From Eubacteriales bacterium (GTDB taxonomy: Bacteria; Bacillota; Clostridia; Oscillospirales; CAG-272), in NCBI GenBank assembly GCA_045126815.1, contig JBGVPD010000075.1, positions 1 through 63,786 of the forward strand: a stretch of DNA of 63,786 nt, in the 5' to 3' direction. The position numbers and the translations under genes were made by a program. Positions 18,980-29,117 of the stretch are shown in pieces. Each line of letters starts with the position of its first letter. Within the stretch, counting starts at the first letter, position 1. The notes under the pieces were generated by a model. It was not told where the DNA came from. It was given only the letters and a program-made list of their open reading frames with translations, and did no database searches.

Positions 18980-19585
18980 ATGTTTTATCATATTTCAGGT
19001 GAACTTGTTACCGTTGAATCAAATATGGCTGTTATTGATTGTAACGGCGTAGGGTATTGTCTTACCGTAAGTCTTAACACCCAAAGACATCTTACATCTC
19101 CGGGGCAAAAGATAAAACTTTATACTCATTTTTGTGTAAGAGAAGACGGTGTTGAGCTGTTTGGTTTTTACGATTTAGAAGAAAGAGATTGTTTTAAGCT
19201 TCTTATCACGGTTTCGGGGGTTGGTCCTAAGGCTGCGATAAACGTTATGTCGGCTATGACACCCGCAAGTTTTGCTTCAGCGGTTATAAACGGCGATACA
19301 AAATTAATTTCCAAAGCTCAAAACGTCGGAGCTAAGACGGCGGCAAGAATCGTACTTGAATTAAAAGACAAGATTTCAAAGACAGTTTCGGCAGATAGTG
19401 ATGATAATTCTTTTGATGGTATTCCCGTAAATAATAATTCAGAAAAATTATCAGAAGCACAGAATGCGCTTATGGTTTTAGGATATAAACAATCTGAGGC
19501 TTTGTCGGCGTTAAAGGGTATAAACGTTGATGCTTACGAGCTGGAAGATCTAATAAGAGAAGCTTTAAAAAGGCTTATGAGATAA
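18980..19585 (+). CDS. ruvA: Holliday junction DNA helicase RuvA
   Basis: 201 aa with OB fold, HhH motifs ([15 protein letters not shown]) and C-terminal domain III. Confidence 0.95.
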   Translation: MFYHISGELVTVESNMAVIDCNGVGYCLTVSLNTQRHLTSPGQKIKLYTHFCVREDGVELFGFYDLEERDCFKLLITVSGVGPKAAINVMSAMTPASFASAVINGDTKLISKAQNVGAKTAARIVLELKDKISKTVSADSDDNSFDGIPVNNNSEKLSEAQNALMVLGYKQSEALSALKGINVDAYELEDLIREALKRLMR

Positions 19586-19598
19586 ATCAGGAGGTAAT

Positions 19599-20663
19599 AT
19601 GTTTAACGAAGAATTTGATACAGAATTTGAAAACCGTATTATGTCTACCTCCTATACAGAAGAAGACTCATCTACGGAAGTCAGCCTCAGACCTACAAGT
19701 CTTTCTGAATATGTCGGACAGATTAAAGTTAAAGAAAACCTTAAGGTTTATATTGAAGCTGCAAAACAAAGAGGAGACGTACTTGACCACGTTTTACTTT
19801 ACGGACCTCCCGGACTCGGAAAAACTACTTTGGCTTCAATTATTGCAAACGAGATGGGGGTTAATATCAGAATAACCTCCGGACCTGCTATCGAAAAGCA
19901 GGGGGATTTAGCAGCACTCCTTACCAACCTTGGTGAAAATGATATTTTGTTTATTGACGAAATACATAGACTAAACAGATCGGTTGAAGAAATATTATAT
20001 CCTGCGCTTGAAGATTATGCGTTAGATATTATTATCGGAAAAGGACCTGCAGCGAGAAGTATAAGACTCCCTCTCCCAAAGTTTACGCTTATCGGCGCTA
20101 CAACGAGAGCAGGTCAGCTTTCCACGCCTTTAAGAGATAGATTTGGAGTTATATCAAAACTCGAGATGTATACTCCGGATGAGTTAGCGCAGATCGTCAC
20201 AAGAAGCGCGGGCTTGCTCGGTGTTGATATTGACGAAGACGGTGCTTATGAAATAGCCTCCCGTTCAAGAGGAACTCCTCGTATTGCAAACAGACTTTTG
20301 AAGAGAGTTCGCGATTTCGCTCAAGTTAAAGGCGATGGTAAGATCACCCTTGATATTGCACAGTATGCTTTAAACATGCTCGAGATAGACGAACTCGGAC
20401 TTGATAACGTAGACAGACGAATGATGGAAACCATTATTAATATTTATAACGGCGGACCTGTTGGTCTTGAGACGCTTTCTGCAACCATCGGCGAAGAAGC
20501 GGTAACCATTGAAGATGTTTATGAGCCCTATTTGATGCAGATAGGTTTTATAAGCCGTACGCTTCGCGGCAGATGTGTAACAAAGCTTGGTTATGACCAT
20601 TTAGGTATACCTTATAAGCAAAGTACCGATAACGTACAGTTATCTATTGATGATGTTGAATAA
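19599..20663 (+). CDS. ruvB: Holliday junction DNA helicase RuvB
   Basis: [12 protein letters not shown], Walker [10 protein letters not shown], Walker B FIDEIHRL, and [11 protein letters not shown]. Confidence 0.97.
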   Translation: MFNEEFDTEFENRIMSTSYTEEDSSTEVSLRPTSLSEYVGQIKVKENLKVYIEAAKQRGDVLDHVLLYGPPGLGKTTLASIIANEMGVNIRITSGPAIEKQGDLAALLTNLGENDILFIDEIHRLNRSVEEILYPALEDYALDIIIGKGPAARSIRLPLPKFTLIGATTRAGQLSTPLRDRFGVISKLEMYTPDELAQIVTRSAGLLGVDIDEDGAYEIASRSRGTPRIANRLLKRVRDFAQVKGDGKITLDIAQYALNMLEIDELGLDNVDRRMMETIINIYNGGPVGLETLSATIGEEAVTIEDVYEPYLMQIGFISRTLRGRCVTKLGYDHLGIPYKQSTDNVQLSIDDVE

Positions 20664-20683
20664 AACGGATACGAGGGATATAA

Positions 20684-21553
20684 ATGCGTAATACGAATAA
20701 TTGGACTGAATATGAATTGCTTGATACAAGTGATGGAGAACGCCTTGAAAGATGGGGGAAATACATTCTTGTCAGACCTGATCCTCAGGTAATTTGGAAA
20801 GGCATGAAAAAACACCCAAAATGGAAAACTCCACACGCAGTTTATTCCAGATCTAAGTCGGGCGGAGGAGCATGGAACAATAATAAACTTCCTGAAATGT
20901 GGAGTATTAGCTACGAGAAGCTCGGACTTAAATTTATGATTAAGCCTATGGGATTTAAGCATACCGGACTTTTTCCCGAACAGGCTGTTAACTGGGAAAA
21001 AATGTACGATCTTATTAAAAATGCAGGACGTCCCATTAAGGTTTTGAATTTATTTGCGTATACAGGCGGAGCTACAGTTGCCTGCGCTAAGGCAGGAGCT
21101 TCTGTTGTTCACGTTGATGCATCAAAGGGAATGACAATACAAGCAAAAGAAAATGCAAAGTTGTCGGGACTTGAAAATGCTCCTATCAGATATATCGTTG
21201 ACGACTGTCAAAAATTTGTTGAAAGAGAAATACGCAGGGGAAATAAGTATGATGCCATTATAATGGATCCTCCTTCATACGGCAGAGGCCCCGGTGGAGA
21301 AGTATGGAAGCTTGAAGATTGTATCGGCGATTTTATAAATAAAGCTTCGTGTATATTAAGCGACAGACCGCTTTTTATGTTGGTTAACTCATATACAACA
21401 GGACTTTCTCCGGCGGCAGTCGGATATATATTAAACACGACATTGAAATCAAGATTTGGAGGAAGAACCGAACTTGACGAGATCGGACTGAAGGTAACAC
21501 AAACAGGAGAAGTTCTCCCTTGCGGAGCGTCATCTTTCTATATTGGAGAGTAA
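20684..21553 (+). CDS. Class I SAM-dependent methyltransferase (RlmI-like catalytic domain, COG1092-type)
   Basis: LNLFAYTGGATVACA SAM motif and IIMDPPSYGRG catalytic motif. Confidence 0.8.
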   Translation: MRNTNNWTEYELLDTSDGERLERWGKYILVRPDPQVIWKGMKKHPKWKTPHAVYSRSKSGGGAWNNNKLPEMWSISYEKLGLKFMIKPMGFKHTGLFPEQAVNWEKMYDLIKNAGRPIKVLNLFAYTGGATVACAKAGASVVHVDASKGMTIQAKENAKLSGLENAPIRYIVDDCQKFVEREIRRGNKYDAIIMDPPSYGRGPGGEVWKLEDCIGDFINKASCILSDRPLFMLVNSYTTGLSPAAVGYILNTTLKSRFGGRTELDEIGLKVTQTGEVLPCGASSFYIGE

Positions 21554-21556
21554 TAA

Positions 21557-22414
21557 ATGGGAAATCCTTTCATAAAAGTTGAAAACGTATGTTTCAGCTA
21601 TAAAAATGAATTTGATAATGATGTCAATGTTCTCAATAACATTTCTTTTGAAGTAAAAAAAGGAGAGTTTGTTGCAATTCTCGGTCATAACGGTTCGGGA
21701 AAATCTACCTTAGCTAAACTCCTTAATCTTATTCTGACGCCTAACAGCGGAAAGATATATATTGACAACAAGGACATTACTTCGGAAAATATAACCGAAG
21801 ATGAAATATACGATGTAAGACAGCGTATAGGTATGGTTTTTCAAAATCCGGATAACCAGCTTGTATCATCTGTAGTCGAAGAAGATGTTGCTTTTGGGCC
21901 TGAAAACTTAGGCGTATCTCCCGAAGAAATAAGAAGAAGAGTAGATAACGCTCTACAAGAAGTTGGCATGTCAGATTTTTCAAAGCATGCGCCGTCACAG
22001 TTATCGGGAGGACAAAAACAGAGAATTGCAATCGCGGGGATTATTGCTATGATGCCCGACTGTATCGTGTTTGATGAAGCAACTTCTATGCTTGATCCAT
22101 CGGGTCGCAAAGAGGTTATGTACTCCATCGAGAAATTAAACAAAGAAAAGGGAATTACTATTCTCCATATCACTCACAATATGACTGAAGCCATTAACGC
22201 TGACAGAGTTATCGTTATAAACGACGGACGCGTTTGCATGGATGATGTACCTAAAAAAGTGTTTTCAAACGTTGCAAAACTTCATGAGATAGGACTTGAT
22301 GTACCTCAGGTTACCGAGTTGATTTACGAACTGAAAACAAACGGGATCGAACTTCCCGATGATATTATCGATTTAGACGAAGGGGCGGAAGCTATAGCTT
22401 CTATGTTCAGATAA
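21557..22414 (+). CDS. ecfA1: Energy-coupling factor transporter ATPase EcfA1
   Basis: GHNGSGKST, LSGGQKQR, IVFDEATSMLD. First gene of the conserved ecfA-ecfA'-ecfT-truA block. Confidence 0.9.
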   Translation: MGNPFIKVENVCFSYKNEFDNDVNVLNNISFEVKKGEFVAILGHNGSGKSTLAKLLNLILTPNSGKIYIDNKDITSENITEDEIYDVRQRIGMVFQNPDNQLVSSVVEEDVAFGPENLGVSPEEIRRRVDNALQEVGMSDFSKHAPSQLSGGQKQRIAIAGIIAMMPDCIVFDEATSMLDPSGRKEVMYSIEKLNKEKGITILHITHNMTEAINADRVIVINDGRVCMDDVPKKVFSNVAKLHEIGLDVPQVTELIYELKTNGIELPDDIIDLDEGAEAIASMFR

Positions 22415-23278
22415 ATGGCTAGTTTAAGTTTATCAAATGTTTCATATATTTACAGTCCTAACACCCCTTTTGAAAAAAAGGCTTTAGACGATGTTTCTCT
22501 TTCTTTTAAAGAGGGTGTTATAACGGGATTGATCGGACATACGGGCTCCGGCAAATCAACCCTGGTACAGCTTTTAAACGGACTGAATAAGCCAACAAGC
22601 GGAACTGTTTTTTTAGACGGTGTTGACATTTGGGAAAACCCAAAAGATATTACGTCTGTAAGATATAAAGTCGGACTTGTTATGCAGTATCCCGAATATC
22701 AGCTTTTCGAGGAAACCGTAAAGAAAGATATTGAATACGGTCCAAGAAATATGCATCTTTCTGAAGATGAAATAGAAAAACGTGTGAAAGAAGCAGCGTT
22801 TTTCTGCGGTATTACGGAAGACCTGTTTGAAAAATCTCCATTTGATCTTTCGGGGGGACAAAAAAGACGTGTGGCTATCGCCGGAGTTATGGCGATGAAT
22901 CCTCAAATTCTGATACTTGACGAACCGGCTGCAGGCCTTGATCCTATAGGCAGGGAAGAGATCTTGGGAGGTATTCGTACATTCCAAAAAGAAACGAACA
23001 CAACTGTAATAATCGTTAGTCACAGTATGGAGGATATGGCTGTTTACTGCGACGAAATAATTGTTATGAATAAATCAAAAGTATATATGTCGGGTAAAAC
23101 GAGGGATATATTTGCTGAAGCAGACAAGCTTATATCCGTAGGACTCGATGTTCCTCAAATCACCCACTTAATCAAAAAAATACGCAAAATGGGCATTGAT
23201 ATTCCCGAAAACATTTTCACCGTTGATGAGGCGAGAAAATCTATTCTGTCTCTTTTTGAGAGGACGGTGAAGAAATGA
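22415..23278 (+). CDS. ecfA2: Energy-coupling factor transporter ATPase EcfA2
   Basis: GHTGSGKST, LSGGQKRR, LILDEPAAGLD. Confidence 0.9.
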   Translation: MASLSLSNVSYIYSPNTPFEKKALDDVSLSFKEGVITGLIGHTGSGKSTLVQLLNGLNKPTSGTVFLDGVDIWENPKDITSVRYKVGLVMQYPEYQLFEETVKKDIEYGPRNMHLSEDEIEKRVKEAAFFCGITEDLFEKSPFDLSGGQKRRVAIAGVMAMNPQILILDEPAAGLDPIGREEILGGIRTFQKETNTTVIIVSHSMEDMAVYCDEIIVMNKSKVYMSGKTRDIFAEADKLISVGLDVPQITHLIKKIRKMGIDIPENIFTVDEARKSILSLFERTVKK

Positions 23279-24096
23279 TCAAGGATATTACTTTAGGTCA
23301 ATATTTTCCCGGTAATTCTATATTGCATAAACTCGATCCAAGAATGAAGATTATTTTAACGTTATTTTATATCGTATTGATCTTCCTAGCAAAATCGCTT
23401 ATTTCGTATATATTGTTGATTGGATTCGTTGTATTTCTTTTTGCTATCAGCCAATTGCCCGTAAAACCGGTTTTAAAAGGGATAAAACCTGTTTTATTTG
23501 TTATAACGTTTACAGCAATCATAAACATATTCTGGACAAAAGGCGATAACTTGCTTGTTGATTGGGGTTTTATCAAGATTTATTTTGAAGGTATCTTATT
23601 TGCTCTTTATATGTTAATAAGAATTGTTACTCTTATAACGGGTACGAGTATTTTGTTGACCTATACGACGTCACCGATTGATATAACGGATGGTATTGAG
23701 CAGCTTCTTTCTCCCTTGAAAAAGATAAATCTGCCCGTCCATGAGTTTTCAATGATGATGTCAATAGCTTTAAGATTTATACCCACACTTATTGAAGAAA
23801 CCGATAAAATCATGAATGCGCAAAAAGCGAGAGGCGCTGACTTTTCGTCAAGTAAATTACTCGAAAGAGCAAAATCGTTAATTCCGGTTCTTATCCCTCT
23901 TTTTGTTTCTTCAATAAGAAGAGCCGATGACTTAGCGACTGCTATGGAGTGTCGTTGCTACAGAGGCGGAAGCGGCAGAACAAGAATGAAATCATTGAAA
24001 TACAGCAGATACGATTTTATAATGCTTGCCGTTCTTTCATTATTTGCTGTCGTGATCATTTTGGTGAATATTTATATACCGATGTTTGTGCTGTAA
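23275..24096 (+). CDS. ecfT: Energy-coupling factor transporter transmembrane protein EcfT
   Basis: 273-aa polytopic protein with the conserved ARG (AQKARGAD) coupling motifs. 4-nt overlap with ecfA2. Confidence 0.9.
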   Translation: MIKDITLGQYFPGNSILHKLDPRMKIILTLFYIVLIFLAKSLISYILLIGFVVFLFAISQLPVKPVLKGIKPVLFVITFTAIINIFWTKGDNLLVDWGFIKIYFEGILFALYMLIRIVTLITGTSILLTYTTSPIDITDGIEQLLSPLKKINLPVHEFSMMMSIALRFIPTLIEETDKIMNAQKARGADFSSSKLLERAKSLIPVLIPLFVSSIRRADDLATAMECRCYRGGSGRTRMKSLKYSRYDFIMLAVLSLFAVVIILVNIYIPMFVL

Positions 24097-24114
24097 ATTA
24101 TAGGAGAAATTAAT

Positions 24115-24852
24115 GTGAAGATCGTGCTGAGATTAGCATACAACGGGAAAAGATATTCCGGTTGGCAGGTGCAAAATAACGCTGTTACAATACAAGAAAC
24201 TTTGCAGGATGCTATATTAGCTGTATTTGGTGAGCGTTATCCGGTTACCGGATGCAGCAGAACAGACAGCGGCGTTCATGCAAATGATTTTTGTTGCTCC
24301 GTTAATTTACCTATTGAAACCAACATTCCCGAAGATAAGATACCGATAGCGTTAAATCATCATTTACCAAATGATATTTCTGTTTTATCCGCAAGATATA
24401 CCGATGATAATTTCCATGCTCGATACGATGTTAAATACAAGGAATATGAATATCTTATCTGGAACAGCCCGATAAGAAACCCATTTAATGATAATCTTGT
24501 GTACGAATACCCTAAAAAACTTGATGAGAACGTTATGAAAAATGCTGCGAAGTTATTTATTGGCAAACACGATTTTGCTTCATTTATGTCCTCAGGATCA
24601 AGTGTTGAAAATACAGTCAGAGATATAAAATATTTTAACGTCATCCGAGAAAACGACATCATTAAGATCAATGTTGCAGCTGACGGCTTCTTATATAATA
24701 TGGTCAGAATACTTGTTGGTACGTTGATAGAGGTGTCCGAAGGAAAAATCTCAGAAAAAGATATACCCGAAATTATTAATTCAAAAGATAGAAAAAAAGC
24801 AGGGTTTACAGCCCCGCCGCAAGGTTTGTATTTAAACAAAGTAGTTTATTAA
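24115..24852 (+). CDS. truA: tRNA pseudouridine(38-40) synthase TruA
   Basis: GCSRTDSGVHA catalytic Asp motif and FLYNMVR. GTG start with AGGAG 8 nt upstream. Confidence 0.95.
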   Translation: MKIVLRLAYNGKRYSGWQVQNNAVTIQETLQDAILAVFGERYPVTGCSRTDSGVHANDFCCSVNLPIETNIPEDKIPIALNHHLPNDISVLSARYTDDNFHARYDVKYKEYEYLIWNSPIRNPFNDNLVYEYPKKLDENVMKNAAKLFIGKHDFASFMSSGSSVENTVRDIKYFNVIRENDIIKINVAADGFLYNMVRILVGTLIEVSEGKISEKDIPEIINSKDRKKAGFTAPPQGLYLNKVVY

Positions 24853-24862
24853 GGAGATAAAT

Positions 24863-26071
24863 ATGCTTCCTGTTCGTCAAAAAGACAATCAAATAAAGGT
24901 TCAGGATAAGAAGAGTGTAAATCCGTATTATCTTGTAATGTCAGGCAGATTTAAGACCGCTAAATATATAACACTTTGCGTTCTTGTTTTGTTTTTGCTG
25001 ACGTCTGTTATTTTGTTCAGAAGCGAGATCACACTCGAGAATTTACGCTATCTTTTTAAGGATTTTGAGTTTGGAGATAACGTAAACGTAGGCGCGAACG
25101 ATACTATTACGTTCGACTCTGACGTACAAGTAAATTTCGATATGTTTAAAGGCGATCTTGTTATAGCCGGAAGTTCAAACTTTTATCTTACCGATTTGCA
25201 GGGAAACAAAAGACTTAACGAAAAAAGTATGTATTCAAATCCCGTTATAGTCAGTGGAGAAAAGTACTTACTTGTTTATGGGTTAAGTGAATACAGTTAC
25301 TCAATATATAACACGTTCTCGATGCTTCATACGGAAACTTTTGATTATCCGATTTCAGCTGCAGCTGTTAGCGACAAGGGAATGTATGCTATAGTTACAA
25401 GATCTGCAAAATATCGATCAGTAGTTCATTTATACAATGAAAACTTTGAATGTATAGGCGTTGTATCAAAGGATAAATACGTCATAGACGTTCAATTTAA
25501 CCAAAACAGTACCGAATTGCTTATTACATCCGTATTTTCAAAAGACGGAAAGTTCTGTACGGAGTTAGTAAATTATGCCCCGTATTCAGATAAGCACAAG
25601 TCGCTCGTTGAGGTTGAAAACTCTATGCCTTTAAAAACGGGTTATAACAGACACAACGGATATTCCATCGTGTTTGATAATAAAATAGAATTTTATAACA
25701 ATACCGCAAATTTAGTCAACACATTTGATTTTTCATCAGATATAATCCCCTTGGTTGTAGAGATATGCCAAGATTACACGATCATCGTATACAATAAAAA
25801 TATTGTAGGTGATGATATAGAAATTATGGTTTTTGACACAGATGGAAATCTGGTAAAAAGTACCGACGCAAACGGTCAGCCGAAAAAGATAAAACACTAT
25901 AAAGAAAGTATATATGTTTTGCTTGACGGCAATATTTGCAGATTTAATTTATCAGATAAATCAATACAGTATTTCAAAACAGAAAAAAATCCGTGTGATT
26001 TACATATAATAGATGAGAACACGGCTCTCGTATGTTTTTTAAATCACACCACGAAAGTAAATTTAGATTGA
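24863..26071 (+). CDS. Membrane-anchored hypothetical protein (possibly DUF5711-like repeat/beta-propeller ectodomain)
   Basis: 402 aa, a single N-terminal TM (ITLCVLVLFLLTSVILF), then beta-rich repeats. No catalytic motif recognised. Confidence 0.6.
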   Translation: MLPVRQKDNQIKVQDKKSVNPYYLVMSGRFKTAKYITLCVLVLFLLTSVILFRSEITLENLRYLFKDFEFGDNVNVGANDTITFDSDVQVNFDMFKGDLVIAGSSNFYLTDLQGNKRLNEKSMYSNPVIVSGEKYLLVYGLSEYSYSIYNTFSMLHTETFDYPISAAAVSDKGMYAIVTRSAKYRSVVHLYNENFECIGVVSKDKYVIDVQFNQNSTELLITSVFSKDGKFCTELVNYAPYSDKHKSLVEVENSMPLKTGYNRHNGYSIVFDNKIEFYNNTANLVNTFDFSSDIIPLVVEICQDYTIIVYNKNIVGDDIEIMVFDTDGNLVKSTDANGQPKKIKHYKESIYVLLDGNICRFNLSDKSIQYFKTEKNPCDLHIIDENTALVCFLNHTTKVNLD

Positions 26072-26089
26072 TTTGCGAAAGGATATTAT

Positions 26090-26767
26090 ATGGCTATTGC
26101 TCTTGATATAATTGTTCTTCTGATTGTATTGGCAACTTTTGTTTCTGTTGTTAAAAAGGGGTTTGTAAGAACGGTTCTTGACCTTGCTTCATTCATATGT
26201 GCATGGTTGGCTGCAAAATTCTTTTCTCCTTCGCTGTCAGGATTTTTCTACGACGGACTTTCAAAAAATATATCCGACAGTATAAACAGAGTTATTTCCG
26301 AACAGATCGAAAAAAACAGTTTACCTGAACCTTTATATGAAAATAATTTGTCAAACCTTCTTGATAGATATAACATAGACATTAATCTTGACTCTGTTAA
26401 CAATGCGGTTGACGGAGTAGTAGAAAACACGGTGCATACTATATCTAATTATTTAATATCGATTCTATCTTATGTACTTGCGTTTATAGTGATTTTTGTT
26501 TTGGTTTTGATTGCTTTCAAAATCGCATCAGTGTTATTGGGCGGTATCTTTAAGTTGCCCATACTTAACACGTTAAATAAAACGTTAGCTATTATACTTG
26601 CCATAATTATGTCAGTTGTATATTTGCTTTTGTTTATAGCTTTGATGCAGATAATTATGCCTTTTCTTATGTCTGTATATCCACAATCGTTTAATGATAC
26701 GGTTATTGGTAATACTGTGATATTTGAATATTTATATAACTTCGAATGGCTTAAATTTTTTTGTTAA
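26090..26767 (+). CDS. cvpA: CvpA-family membrane protein
   Basis: N-terminus DIIVLLIVLATFVSVVKKGFVRTVLDLASFI is typical of CvpA. Four TM segments. Confidence 0.8.
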   Translation: MAIALDIIVLLIVLATFVSVVKKGFVRTVLDLASFICAWLAAKFFSPSLSGFFYDGLSKNISDSINRVISEQIEKNSLPEPLYENNLSNLLDRYNIDINLDSVNNAVDGVVENTVHTISNYLISILSYVLAFIVIFVLVLIAFKIASVLLGGIFKLPILNTLNKTLAIILAIIMSVVYLLLFIALMQIIMPFLMSVYPQSFNDTVIGNTVIFEYLYNFEWLKFFC

Positions 26768-26785
26768 ATTATTATAGGTGATATT

Positions 26786-29101
26786 ATGGAATTGTGTGCA
26801 AGATGCAAAAAAAGAGTAGCGGTTGTTTTTGTATCAAGAATAGAAAACGGAGAAACGATAAACGAGGGAATTTGCCTTAAATGTGCAAGAGAACTTGGAA
26901 TCAAACCCGTTAATGATATAATCGAAAAAATGGGATTAACCGACGATGATTTAGATCAAATGGATTCTGAAATGGAAAGTATATTTTCATCTGCCGAAGA
27001 AGAGGGATTTGATGAAAATGATACCGATGAAAATCAAGAAGGAAGAGCCCCCGCTTTTGATCTGAGAAAAATGTTCGGTGCATTTCCGGTAAGCAACTCT
27101 CGTCCCGATAATAACGGTGAGAGCGATAATGCAAAAAATACAAAAAAAGACAAGAAAGACAAAAAGAAAAGCGGAAAATTTATACCACAGTATTGTCTGG
27201 ATTTAAATGAACGGGCAAAAAACGGTAAGATAGACAGAGTTATAGGCAGGGAAGACGAACTTGCGCGAGTAACGCAGATACTTTGCAGAAGACAAAAAAA
27301 TAACCCTTGCTTAATAGGTGAACCTGGAGTAGGTAAAACGGCAATTGCTGAGGCTTTGGCTCTTAAGATCGTTTCAGGCGACGTTCCTTTTAAACTTAAA
27401 AACAAAGAACTACAGTTGCTTGATTTGACAGCACTTGTAGCAGGTACTCAATTCAGAGGTCAATTTGAACAACGCATGAAAGGTCTCATCGAAGAAGTCA
27501 AGGCAAAAGGAAATGTTATCCTTGTTATTGACGAGGTGCACAGTATTGCAGGTGCAGGAGATGCGGAAGGCAGTATGAACGCTGCTAATATACTTAAACC
27601 CGCACTTTCAAGAGGAGAAATTCAGGTTATCGGCGCTACAACCTTAAAAGAATACAGGAAATATATAGAAAAAGATTCTGCGCTCGAAAGAAGGTTTCAG
27701 CCTGTAGTCGTTGAAGAATCATCTGTTGAAGACTCAATTGAAATTTTGAAGGGAATTAAATCATATTACGAGGAATTTCACGGCATAAAAATCCCCAATG
27801 AAGTTCTAAAACAAACAGTTGTTCTTTCAGAAAGATATATAACTGATAGATTTTTACCCGATAAGGCAATAGATCTTCTTGATGAAGCCGCATCGTATCT
27901 TGTTCTGAATACACCTATTATAGATGAATTATCATTACTGAAACAAAGACTCGATAATTTAGCTATTGAGAGGGAAGAGTTAGAAGCATTAGAACCCCAA
28001 AATGAAGAAGAAACTGCAGATAAATACAAAAAATTAGCTGATATAAAAGTAGACGAGATGAATACGCGTCCCAAGATAGAAGAACTTGAGGAGAAGTGCG
28101 ACAAAATCAAGCTTTCCTTGGGGGATTTGGCGTGTGTTATCGAAAGATGGACAGGAGTTCCTGCAAGTAAAATTACATCAGTTGAATTCGAAAGACTAAA
28201 CGGACTTGAAGAAAGACTTAAAAGAAGAATTGTCGGTCAAGATAAAGCTGTTGAGGCGATAGTACGCGCAATCAAGAGAAACAGGGCAGGGGTTTCTTAT
28301 AAAAAGAAACCTGTATCCTTTATCTTTGCCGGACCTACGGGCGTTGGAAAAACAGAGCTTGTAAAAACATTGGCTATGGATATGTTTGACACACCCGAAT
28401 CAATAATCAGACTTGATATGTCCGAGTTTATGGAAAAGCATTCAGTTTCAAGGATCATCGGAGCTCCCCCCGGATATGTCGGTTATGATGAAGCCGGACA
28501 GCTTACAGAAAAAATCAGACGTAAGCCTTATTCGGTTGTCCTTTTTGATGAGATAGAAAAAGCTCATCCTGATGTTTTGAATATTATGCTTCAAATCCTT
28601 GATGATGGTATTGTGACAGATGCACAGGGAAGAAAAGTTAATTTTGAAAACACTATTATAGTTATGACAACAAACGCGGGTTCTGATATAAGCTTGAATT
28701 CAGCCGGATTTTCTATGTCTTCACAGTCACAATCCGAAGACAGAACACAAAAGGCACTTCTAAGCTTCTTACGCCCCGAATTTATAAACCGTGTTGATGA
28801 GATCATCGTATTCAGACAGCTTGATGAACATGATTTTGAAAAAATAGCTGTTATTATGCTTAAAGATCTTGTTTCAGTTATCGAAGATAAAGGAATTACC
28901 CTTAAATACAATGATGACTTGATTTCTTATATAGCAAAAGAATCTTTTAGCGTTAAATTCGGCGCAAGAAATATGCGAAGATTTATCCAAAAACATATTG
29001 AAGACGAGATTGCAGAATGTATTATAAGAAATTATTCACAAAATATATCTGAGATAGAAGTCGAAGTTATCGGTGATAAGATCGATGTAAAAATTATTTA
29101 A
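26786..29101 (+). CDS. ClpE-like AAA+ Clp ATPase with N-terminal zinc ribbon (two AAA modules)
   Basis: CARCKK...CLKCAR zinc ribbon replaces the Clp_N repeats. D1 has GEPGVGKT, D2 has GPTGVGKTE, a short coiled-coil lies between them, and there is an AGF ClpP-docking-like loop. Confidence 0.9.
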   Translation: MELCARCKKRVAVVFVSRIENGETINEGICLKCARELGIKPVNDIIEKMGLTDDDLDQMDSEMESIFSSAEEEGFDENDTDENQEGRAPAFDLRKMFGAFPVSNSRPDNNGESDNAKNTKKDKKDKKKSGKFIPQYCLDLNERAKNGKIDRVIGREDELARVTQILCRRQKNNPCLIGEPGVGKTAIAEALALKIVSGDVPFKLKNKELQLLDLTALVAGTQFRGQFEQRMKGLIEEVKAKGNVILVIDEVHSIAGAGDAEGSMNAANILKPALSRGEIQVIGATTLKEYRKYIEKDSALERRFQPVVVEESSVEDSIEILKGIKSYYEEFHGIKIPNEVLKQTVVLSERYITDRFLPDKAIDLLDEAASYLVLNTPIIDELSLLKQRLDNLAIEREELEALEPQNEEETADKYKKLADIKVDEMNTRPKIEELEEKCDKIKLSLGDLACVIERWTGVPASKITSVEFERLNGLEERLKRRIVGQDKAVEAIVRAIKRNRAGVSYKKKPVSFIFAGPTGVGKTELVKTLAMDMFDTPESIIRLDMSEFMEKHSVSRIIGAPPGYVGYDEAGQLTEKIRRKPYSVVLFDEIEKAHPDVLNIMLQILDDGIVTDAQGRKVNFENTIIVMTTNAGSDISLNSAGFSMSSQSQSEDRTQKALLSFLRPEFINRVDEIIVFRQLDEHDFEKIAVIMLKDLVSVIEDKGITLKYNDDLISYIAKESFSVKFGARNMRRFIQKHIEDEIAECIIRNYSQNISEIEVEVIGDKIDVKII

Positions 29102-29117
29102 AGAGAGAATTTAAACA

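Noticed and set aside
24360-24839. 159-aa ORF antisense to truA
   Set aside because: The sense frame carries unmistakable TruA motifs. The antisense product has no motif or RBS.
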